A stretch of DNA of 64,000 nt from Squalus acanthias (taxonomy: Eukaryota), in contig CM059432.1 of assembly GCA_030390025.1 (NCBI GenBank), positions 48,548,001 through 48,612,000 on the forward strand. Direction: 5' to 3'. The notes under the pieces were generated by a model. The model was not told the origin of the DNA. It was given only the letters and a program-made list of their open reading frames with translations, and did no database searches. A program made the position numbers and the translations under genes. Below are positions 51,332 to 61,005 of the stretch, one piece after another; the stretch's first letter is position 1; every line of letters begins with the position of its first letter.

Positions 51332-52888
51332 ACCTTCCCTGTGGCCAGAGAGGTTCTGAAAATTTGTGTCAGAGCCCCTGCAATCTCCTCCCTTGCCTCA
51401 CACAGCAGCCTGGGATACATCTCGTCTGGGCCTGGGGATTTATCCACTTTTAAGCCCGCTAAAACCGCTAGTACCTCCTCCCTCTCAATGCTAATGTGTT
51501 GAAGTATATCACAATCCCCCTGCCTGATTTCTATGCCTACATCGTCCTTCTCCATAGTGAACAGAGATGCAAAATATTCATTTAAAACCTCACCTACATC
51601 TTCCGGCTCTACACACAGATTGCCACTTTGGTCCCTAATGGGCCTTACTCTTTCCCTGGTTATCCTCTTGCCCTTAATATACTTATAAAACACCTTGGGA
51701 TTTTACTTTATTTTGCCCGCCAATGTTTTTTCATGCCCCCTCTTCACTCTCCTAATTTCTTATTTAAGTACCCCCCTGCACTTTCTATACTCCTCTAGGT
51801 CTTCCACTGTTTTTAGTCCTTTGTATCTGCCAAAAGCCTCCCTTTTTTTCCTAATCCATTCTTGTATATCCCTTGACATCCAGGGTTCCCTGGGCTTGTT
51901 GGTCCCATCCTTGACCTTTACGGGAACATGTTGGCGTTGTACTCTCTCTTTTTCCTTTCTGAAAGACTCCCACTGCTCTGATGTGGATTTTCCTACAAGT
52001 AGCTGATCCCAGTCTACTTTGGCCAGATCCTGCCTTATCATATTAAAATCGGCCTTCCCCCAATTTAGAACCTTTATTTCCGGTCCATCTTTGTCCTTTT
52101 CCATGACTACCTTAAATCTCACCGAATTATGGTCACTGTCACCAAAATGCTCTCCTACTGACACTTCTACTACTTGCCCAGCTACATTCCCTAGAATTAG
52201 GTCCAGTACCGCCCCCTCTCTTGTAGGACTTTCTACATGCTGGCTCAAAAAGCTCTCCTGGATGCACTTTAAGAATTCCGCACCCTCTAAGCCTTTCACA
52301 CTCTGACTATCCCAGTTAATATTGGGGAAGTTGAAATCCCCTACTATTATTATCCTATTATTTCTACACTTCTCTGAGATTTGCCTACATATCTGTTCCT
52401 CTAGCTCCCCCTGACTGTTTGGGGGCCTATAGTACACTCCCAGCAAAGTGCTTGCCCCCTTTTTGTTTTTAAGTTTTACCCATATGGCCTCATTAGAGGA
52501 ACCTGCTAAGATATCATCCTTCCTTACTGCAGTAATTGACTCCTTGATTAATATTGCGACACCCCCTCCTCTTTTACACCCCCCTCTGTCTCACCTGAAG
52601 ATTCTATACCCCGGAACATTCAGCTGCCAGTCCTGCCCCTCCCTCAACCATGTCCCTGTGATAGCAACAATATCATACTTCCATGTGTTCATCAACACCT
52701 TCAATTCATCTGCCTTACTCGGAAGACCCCTTGCATTAAAATAAATGCCATCCAGCCTTGCCATACTCCCTTGTGCCATTACATATTTGCTCTGCCTTCC
52801 AGGCTGACTTGTTTTTTCCTCTATATTTGGCTGTGCATCACCCCCTACTATAGCTCCACTCCGTATCCCACCCCCCTGCCAAGTTAGT

Positions 52889-53833
52889 TTAAACCCCCCC
52901 AACAGTACTAGCAAACCTCCCCGCAAGGATGTTGGTCCCGTTCCGGTTCAGGTGCAACCCGTCCGACTTGTACAGGTCCCACCTTCCCCAGAAACAGACC
53001 CAGTGATCCAGGAAACTAAAGCCCTCCCTCCTGCACCAACTCTTTAGCCACGCAGTCATCTGCTCTATCCTCCTATTCCTATACTCACTAGCACGTGGCA
53101 CCGGGAGTAATCCAGAGATTACAACCTTTGAGGTCCTGCTTTTTAATCTGCTACCTAGCTCCCTAAATTCTTGTTGCAGGACCTCATCCCTCTTTCTACC
53201 CATGTTGTTGGTACCAATGTGAACCACGACCTCTGACTGTTCGTCCTCCCCCTTCAGAATGCCCTGCAGCCGTTCAGTGACATCCTTGACCCTGGCACCA
53301 AGGAGGCAACATACCATGCTGGAGTCATGTCTGCGGCCACAGAAACGTCTATCTGTTCCCCTTACGATAGAATCTCCTATCACTATTGCTCTCCCACTCT
53401 TTTTCCGCCCCTCCTGTGCAGCTGAGCCACTCATAGAGCCACGGACTTGGCTCTTGCTGCATTCCCATGAGAAACCATCTCCCCCAGCAGTATCCAAAAT
53501 GGAAAATCTGTTGGAGAGGGAGATGGACCCAGGGGACTCCTGCACTACCTTTCTAGTTCTTTTACTCTGTCTGGCGGTCACCCATTTCCTGTCTGCCTGT
53601 GCACTCTTTACCTGCGGTGTGACCACCTCGTTAAACATACTATCCACGAATATCTCAGCTTCACGGATGCTCCACAGTGACTCCAGCCGCAGCTCCAGCT
53701 CCGAAACGCGGATTTCGAGTAGCTGCAGCTGGAGACACTTCCTGCACATGTGTTCGCCCTGGACACCGAAAGTGTCCCTGACTTCCCACATAGCACAGGA
53801 GGAGCACTCCATGCTGCCGAGCTGCCCTGCCAT
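52889..53833 (-). CDS. CR1 ORF1p (zinc finger, coiled coil, SGNH esterase), essentially open
   Basis: CSSC..HMCRKC, LEIRVSELELRL, IGDSIV, HIGTNN, DGLHLN; last codons frameshifted relative to CR1 B. Confidence 0.8.
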   Translation of the reverse strand: MAGQLGSMECSSCAMWEVRDTFGVQGEHMCRKCLQLQLLEIRVSELELRLESLWSIREAEIFVDSMFNEVVTPQVKSAQADRKWVTARQSKRTRKVVQESPGSISLSNRFSILDTAGGDGFSWECSKSQVRGSMSGSAAQEGRKKSGRAIVIGDSIVRGTDRRFCGRRHDSSMVCCLLGARVKDVTERLQGILKGEDEQSEVVVHIGTNNMGRKRDEVLQQEFRELGSRLKSRTSKVVISGLLPVPRASEYRNRRIEQMTAWLKSWCRREGFSFLDHWVCFWGRWDLYKSDGLHLNRNGTNILAGRFASTVGGV

Positions 53834-54422
53834 GTCCTACCCTTAATTTACTCCCTTTACTTCCTTTAAATTAAAGAATATTAAATACACTAGGGACCTT
53901 ACTTCCCTTTAAACACTACTTACTCTGAACTAGAGAACTTTTACTTCAATGACTGGACTGTCGAAATACTCACCAGGTCCTGGAAGCTGACAAAGATAGA
54001 AAAAGAAAGGAACACCTCCCTCCCCGAACTAACTCACTCACTCACTCACTCACCAAACTCGCAGCTTAACACTCTGTTCCAAGCTGCACTCTATGACAAA
54101 CTGCACTCTAGCCTCCCTTGTTTATACTGTTCCGCACCCATGTGGACGGCCTCAACCGGGATCTCGGTTTCATGTCACGCTACAGAACGTGACTCGACAT
54201 CATTGTCTGGTTCACAGGTGTGATTTCCAGTTTTTAAAAAAAAGTAAAAAGCTTAACTGCGGACTGCAGCATTTGACACGTTGGACCCCCTGTGACCCAC
54301 CTCATTGTCTTAGCTGTACTCTGCTGTGTCTTTGATGTAATGCCTCCCTGACGGATTGTATCTCTGCAGACACATTGTTCTCTGTCTATATGTACTTTGT
54401 AATCGATTTGTATTCCCTCACT

Positions 54423-54460
54423 GTAACTGATGAAGGAGCAGAGCTCCGAAAGCTCGTAAT
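54423..54460 (+). ncRNA. Minimal hammerhead ribozyme motif
   Basis: CTGATGA-a-GGAGC(aga)GCTCC-GAAA-GC-TC: canonical core and perfect stem II; stem I degenerate. Confidence 0.68.
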
Positions 54461-54477
54461 TTCAAATAAAACTGTTG

Positions 54478-55368
54478 GGGGGAAAAATTCAGTTGGTTGC
54501 GCCTCCCGTTAGTGCCTTAAGAGGGCGCTAATGGGGCGCAAAGCAGCTAGCGCCCGGGCGCGGCGAAGTTTGCGCCGCTCGCGAAATTAACTAGACATTT
54601 TGCGGCGGCGCTAAACACTACCGCCACGATCTCCTGCGCCGGCAGATCATGACGTCACTCGAGTGTGCAACGCCCCGGTATCGCCCCAGAGCGGATATTG
54701 AGTGGCGCCCCCTGCCTTACCGCCTGACGCTAGCAACGACAGGTTGAGGGGAGCGTTCTGCAGTCATGAAGGGACTGGGGGAGCGCTATTTAAAGGTGAC
54801 CGCTTCCTGCCTTTTATTGTTGGTGCCATTTTTGAACTACACATTCTGAGAGAGAGAGGGAGAGACTTCTGGAGAGAGTCAACGTTGTGTGAAGGAGTTT
54901 TGGGTACTGAGCAGCACTTTGCATGTTCATTTTGATTTTCCATTCCTTGTATTGATTAAGCAGAGACTGGGGGCTGCACTCTGAGCTCTTTGCCTGGTAC
55001 TCTCCATTGTTCTTTCCAGCACATTTGATGTGCAAGTCTCTCCAGGCCGAGATTCAAGGCTGCAATGAGTAGGATGTGGATGGAAAGCAAGATTAACCAT
55101 TCCCTTTAAGAACTGGCCCATGCCATTGTGTGTGTGTTCCATTGCTGACTGACATTACATGAGCTTCGCCAGCGCTCTGAGTTAGCGCCTCACTCCTCGG
55201 CCTTTGCGCCTTAAGACAGGTGTGCAGCGCCTGATTTAGCGCTCCAATCACCTCCAGGGGCGTTAAAAGTGAAGTTTCCAGTCAGTGGCGATAATTAGCG
55301 CCTGGCGCTAATTTTTGCGCCCGGACGATATTTGCGCCCCAAACGGGGCGCGACTGAATTTTTCCCCC
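54478..55368. mobile_element. MITE family A, copy 3
   Basis: Perfect 16-bp TIR; TSD TTG; PLE tail actgttggactataac is restored on removal. Confidence 0.92.
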
Positions 55369-56957
55369 TTGGACTATAACCGGGTGTTGTGCGACTTCTC
55401 ATTTTTGTTTATACTGCTGAGATTTAAATAAGTGAGCTCTCTGGCAGTTACCAAACCAGATTAATTAATTAACTACTCTCACCTGCTCTCCAGCACAGAA
55501 CTTGATAGCCCTGCCCAAGCCTGGAAGAAACTTAAAACTTGAAACAGTAAGTTAAATGCTAATTTCAAGCACACAAGACTAGATTTTATAAAAAAAAGAG
55601 ATTAACCTTTAAGATTCACTCCCTCACTCACCAAACTTGTAGCTTAACACTGTGTTCCGAGCTGCACTCCATGACAAACTGCACTTTACTGATGAACATA
55701 CCATTGTTGTCCCCAAGGGTGTCGACCTCTCCGACTGCCACAGTGTCCATGACCTGTGCCACGATGATGCTGTGCACTTGCTCCTCCAGCTGTGTAAGGG
55801 GGTGCAGCTCCGCCTGACCTCCTCCCGTGCGTAGCTGCTCCCTCCTGTTATGAGCAAGCTTGGCCTGCAAGAAAAAGAACAGTGTGTGAGTGAGTGTACA
55901 GCCATGTGTTTGGCAGATGTGCCTACCATAGTTGAATAGCTGTTAATGTATGCAAGGCGTGAGATGTGGATGTGACTTTTAGTAGATGGGCATAGTTGGT
56001 GGGTGAGTGTTGGGGATTTGATAGTTTATACCGTCCGTGCACAGAGTGAGGTTGAGATGGTGGGATGTAGAGGTTTTTGAGGCATGTACTCACCCTGACC
56101 ACCCAAGTGAGGTCATTGAACTTCTTGCGGCACTGGGTGTGAGTACTTTGGACCACGCTTCTGGCCGAGATGTACTGGGCCACCTCCCTCCACATCCTTC
56201 TGAACTCCTGCAGCAATGGCCTCCTGCCAGTGTCTAGGAACAGCACTGCCCATTGGCGTTCCACAGCCGCAACCAGAGCCTCCAATGCCTGGTCGCTGAA
56301 CTGGCGAGCTCTCTCCCTGGGCCTCTGATCAGCCATGAGGTTTGTGGTTGATGGATTGCAGCTCTTGCAGGCCCAGGTCACAAGCAGCAATGATCAGAGT
56401 GAGGCTGTGCAGCATGATGGAGCCTCCCCTTTAAGAACTGGAAGGCGCCAGTCTGTCTGAGTACTTGTAATTGACAGCGCTGGAACTTGAGTAGCGCTCT
56501 GCGGTAGCGCCCCGCTCCCCGACATTAGCGCCCGAAGGGAAGTGTGTAGCACTTGATTAGTGCTCCACTTCCCTCTAGGGCGCTAAAACTGAATTTTGCA
56601 GTCACCGGCACTAGCTAAAGTTTGCGCCCGGGCGATGTTAGCGCCCTAAAATGGTCGATACCGAATTTCCCCCCCCAAGTTAACTGCTAGTTCAACAAAC
56701 ATTTAATAGTAATCAAGTCCTCTGACTTACACTTCTCACACAAATACCACTAATACATCCTCTGTGGGTCCCCTTTAGTTAAAGTGCATGATCCACATCT
56801 TCTGCTTCTTAAACGTGTTCTCTTTCGAAGTGGTTCCTCACTGGGAGGAGGAAGTAAGATGGGTGGCTGCTGTGTAACCGTCTCTACCTCTTGTGATGGA
56901 GGTGGCGCGATACCTCCTTGTGCTGGTCAGCAAATAGTCCTGCATCTGCAGGTGTTA

Positions 56958-58232
56958 ACATAAGAACATAAGAAATAGGAGCAGGAGTAGGCCAATCGGC
57001 CCCTCGAGCCTGCTCCGCCATTCAATAAGATCATGGCTGATCTGATCCTAACCGCCAATCTACTATCTATCACAGAACCATCTCCTGCATCTAACAGAAT
57101 TGCACACACGAAATAGGAGCAGAATCAGGCTACACAGTCCCTGGGCCCGCTCCACTACCCACAGGGCCATGACCGATCCGAACCTAGACTCATGTCCAAA
57201 TTCCTGCCCGCTCCCCGTAACCCTTAATGCCCTTTACTTCTAGGAAACTGTCTATTTCTGTTTTAAATTTAATTAATGTTGTAGCTTCTACAGCTTTTTG
57301 TGGCAGCATATTCCATGGACCTACCACCCTCTGAGTGAAGTAGTTCCTCCTCATCTCAGTTTTGAAAGAGCAGCCCCTTATTCTAAGACTATGTCCCCTA
57401 GTTCTCGTCTCACCCGTCATCGGGAACATCCTCCCCGCATCCACCCGATCCAACCCCTTCACAATCTTATATGTTTCAATAAGATCGCCTCTCATTCTTC
57501 TGAACTCCAATGAGTAGAGTCCCAATCTACCCAACCTCTCCTCATATGACCACCCCCTCATCCCCGGGATTAACCGAGTGAACCTTTTTTGCACTGCCTC
57601 GAGAGCAAGGATGTCTTTCCTTAAGTAAGGACACCAAAACTGTATGCAGTATTCCAGGTGCGGTCTCACCAATACCTTGTACAACTGAAGCAATACCTCC
57701 CTATTTTCATATTCTATCCCCCTAGCAATGAAAGCCAACATTCCATTTGCCTTCTTAATCACTTGCTGCACCTGCATACTAACCTTTTGAGTTTCGTGCA
57801 CCAGGACCCCCAGATCCCTTTGCACTTCAGTACTCTCCAGTTTCTTGCCATTAAGATAATAAATTGCTCTAGGATTTTTCCTGCCAAAGTGCATCACCTC
57901 ACACTTTCCAGTGTTGTATTCCATCTGCCAAATCTCTGCCCACTTACTTAGCCTGTCTATGTCCCCTTGCAGGTTTTTTATGTCCTCCTCACTCACTACT
58001 TTCCCTCCCATCTTTGTATCATCTGCAAATTTTGATATGTTACACTTGGTCCCTTCCTCCAAATCGTTAATATAGATTGTGAAGAGTTGGGGACCCAGCA
58101 CTGACCCCTGTGGAACACCACTAGTTACTGATTGCCAGTCTGAGAATGAACCATTTATCCCAACTCTTTGCTTTCTGTTAGATAGCCAATCCTCTATCCA
58201 TGCCAGAATATTACCCCCAATCCCGTGGGTAT
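56958..58232 (-). mobile_element. 5'-truncated CR1 with an open RT C-terminal frame
   Basis: ORF 57190-58302 (CR1 part from HGIGGNILAW); tail (TTCTTATG)n. Confidence 0.9.
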
Positions 58233-58479
58233 TGATGCAGTGACTGCCTCGACCTGGAGGAGGGGCAATGGAGCAAAGAGATAAAGGGCCAGAGAAAGGC
58301 AACTTTCATATCCATTAAAAAACAAAACATGGTTTTTCACCTGAGATAAATGAAATATTGGGAGCTTTCCTGGCTGTTTCCTGTAATAGTATAAGAACAA
58401 GAAGTTGTGTACCATTGTTAGCCCAAGGGTGGCTAAAGTCTTCTGTATTGTGCAAGCTTAGGGAGGGAATACCTGACCT

Positions 58480-58720
58480 TAGGGCTTAGGCAGCTGAAGG
58501 CACAGCGTGATGAAAATCAGGGAAAATCAGGGAGGCCAGAATTGGGGGAACGCAGAGATCTTGGAAGGTCGTAGGGCAGGAGGAGGTAAGAGTGATAGGG
58601 AGGGGTGAGGCCCTAGTAAAGATTAGAATACAAGGATGAGAATTTTAAAATCAAGGTGTTGCTGGACCAGGAGCCAATATAGGTCAGCAAGCACAGGGGT
58701 GATGGGTGAACAGAACTTGT
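58480..58720 (-). mobile_element. L2-type fragment
   Basis: Similar to 27760-27782 and 29463-29660. Confidence 0.6.
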
Positions 58721-59029
58721 GTTAACATAATGTAACATAACTTAATATAACATAATATAACGTCCACATGTAGTTAGCCTGAGGGGTGAGGAGCAGAAAA
58801 ATCATGGTGCAGCTAAAATTCAAAAGAATGTAGTCATTTAAAGGCAGTGCCTACATGGGGCAAACATTCTTAAAACCTTTAAAAAGGCTCACAATTCACT
58901 TGAATTCATCGGCAGCCTTTGGCAGGCTGTGGGACGAGTTGGTAGGGAGAAGAACTCCAAGCAAAAGTGAAGTGACAGGAAGCCTATGTGGAGGCAGGAA
59001 ACAGAATCTACAGGCAATCCTCTGTTCTA

Positions 59030-59145
59030 TGGCTGGTGAAGTGTATGTCCTGCTGCATGAGGTTGTTGTGAGGAGAGTTGTTCTGTTTGGTATTCCATGC
59101 CACCTTCCCCAGAGGACACTAGTGCGGCATATCTGGCATAGGTGA
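59030..59145 (+). pseudogene. Possible old Harbinger Myb/SANT remnant
   Basis: EVYVLLHEVVVRRVVLFG...RHIW resembles ALEALV..VERRRAVLY..W in the Myb exons; short and weak. Confidence 0.35.
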
Positions 59146-59191
59146 AAATTAAAATTGTAGCCCCCCCAAAAAAATCACTCAAAAACACTTC

Positions 59192-60099
59192 AGGGGAGAA
59201 ATTCGGTATCGCCCCGTTTGGGGCACAATTATCGGCTGGGCGCAAAGTTTAGCGCCTGGCGCTAATTATCGCCTCCGACTGCAAACTTGGCCTCTATCGC
59301 CCCTGGAGGTGATTTGAGCGCTAAATCAGGCGCTACACACCTCTCTTAAGGCGCTAACGCCGAGGAGCGAGGCGCTACCTCAGAGCGCTGGCGAAGCTCA
59401 TGTGATGTCAGTTAGCAATGGAACACAGACAGACTGGCGCCGGCCAGTTCTTAAAGGGGAGGGTCAATCTTGCTGTCCAGCCACACCCAGCTCATTGCAG
59501 CCTTGAATCTCGGCCTGGACAGACCTGTACATCAATTCTGCTGGAAAGAACAATGGAGAGTACCAGGGAAAGAGCTCTGAGTGCAGGCCCCACAGTCTCT
59601 TCTAAATCGATGCAAGGAAGATCAAATCAAAATGAACCTGCAAAGTGCTGCTCAGTACCCAAACCTCCTTCACACAGCGTTGAATCTCTCCAAAAGCCTC
59701 TCTCTCTCTCTCAGAATGCGTGGCGCAAAAATGTTGCCGGCAAAAAAAGGCAGGAAGCGGCTGCCTTTAAATAGCGCTCCCCCAGTCCCTTCCTGACTGC
59801 AAAACGTTCCCCTCTACCTGTCGTTGCTAGCGGCAGGCGGAAAGGCAGGGGGCGCCACTCAATATCAGGTCCGGGGCCCTATCGGGGCATTGCACACTCG
59901 GCTGACGTCACGATCTGCGGGCGCAGGAGATCGTGGCGGTAGTGTTTAGCGCCGCCGCAAAATGTCTGGTCAATTTTGTGAGCGGCGCAAACATCGCCGC
60001 GCCTGAGCGTTAGTTGCTTTGCGCCCCATTAGCGCCCTCAAAGCAACTAACCCTCTTAGGGCGCTAACGGGAGACTCTAATCAACCGAATTTTTCCCCC
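59192..60099. mobile_element. MITE family A, copy 4 (more diverged)
   Basis: TIR (A)GGGGAGAAATTCGGT / ACCGAATTTTTCCCCC; imperfect TSD TTC/TTA; body aligns with copy 2. Confidence 0.88.
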
Positions 60100-60534
60100 T
60101 TAATTTTATGCCTCCAAAAACCCTCAAAATACATAGTAATGAAATTCATAAGAAGAAGGCATAAAAAAAACCTGGCCCAAGACTGTTTCCCTTTCAGACT
60201 TACTTTAACAATCGCACTTCCCTTAAGCTCACTGAAATGGGCTTACCTAGTTCACAGCAAATTCCTGGCAAAAAGCCAATAAATCACACTACGGGACTAT
60301 TTGCATCTTTTAAAATGAATTCCAGGGCAGATAATAAGGCTCCATCTTGATATAAATAGGAGAACATTTGCCCCATTAATTTATACTGCTGTAAAATTGA
60401 AGCACAGAAGCCAATTGTCAGATGGGACCAATATCCTTGCGGGCAGGTTAACTAGTGCTGTGGGGGTGGATTTAAACTAATTCGGCAGGGGGTTGGGCAT
60501 CAAGATGTAGTATTAAAAAGTAGAAAAATGTCTA

Positions 60535-60976
60535 CTGTGGTTCAGTGGGTAGCACTCTTGCCTCTGGGTCAAAAGGTTACCAGAAACAAAAATCTAGGCT
60601 GACAGTCCAGTGCAGTACTGAGGTGCTCCACCGCATGCGAACCGCATGCGCCCCTGGGAATACGTGGGCCCTGCGCATTTCGTCGTGGAAAAGCCCAGGA
60701 TCGGAAATGGCCGGATCTCAGGAGCCCTCAGGTAAGGGCATAGATTTTTTCCCGATAGGAGGCATCCGCACGCAGGAAACCTCCTATCGGAAATTACGAG
60801 CCATTATCTGGTCATTATCACATTGCTGTTTGTGGGAGTTTGTGTGCAAATTGGCTGCTGTGTTTTCGACATTACAACAGTGATTACACTTCAAAAAGTA
60901 TTTCATTAGCTGTAAAGCGCTTTGGGACATCCTGAGGTTGTGAAAGGCGCTATATAATTGCAAGACTTTCTTTTTT
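60535..60976 (+). mobile_element. Rearranged tRNA-derived SINE with a GC-rich MITE-like piece (~60625-60803) replacing its middle
   Basis: Head tgtggttcagtgggtagcactc; tail gcaagactttcttttt; insert ends GAAATTACGAGCC and has an 11-bp hairpin CCGATAGGAGG/CCTCCTATCGG. Confidence 0.65.
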
Positions 60977-61005
60977 TAAATGTGCAGAGGACTGGGAGAG
61001 AGAGT

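Larger units (their letters stand above)
54130..55404 (+). mobile_element. Short 5'-truncated PLE (end of EN domain and pLTR), split by MITE A
   Basis: FRTHVDGLNRDLGFMSRY coding remnant; 3' UTR homologous to 3020-3418; 12-bp TSD TTGTTTATACTG at 54118-54129 and 55405-55416. Confidence 0.88.
47363..55689 (-). mobile_element. CR1 LINE C, full-length boundaries, same family as CR1 B, carrying nested inserts
   Basis: 4-bp TSD TGAT at 47359-47362 and 55690-55693; ORF1 52889-53833; APE/RT pieces 52740-50951 and 49740-49225; tail (ACTCTATG)n. Confidence 0.88.
46130..56336 (-). pseudogene. Harbinger 3 Myb/SANT-like gene (exons 56336-56094, 55864-55702, 47215-~46130)
   Basis: Exons 1 and 2 have the same 243- and 163-nt sizes and splice sites as in Harbinger 1; exon 3 is homologous (MHTELMGAMARVPES, LQRMVDSQ) with frameshifts. 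Confidence 0.85.
43876..56676. mobile_element. Harbinger 3; transposase-side terminus deleted; interrupted by a SINE and by CR1 C
   Basis: Subterminal sequence homologous to MITE A at both ends; right TIR CCGAATTTCCCCCC at ~56661-56676; intron 2 of the Myb gene rejoins across the CR1. Confidence 0.85.
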
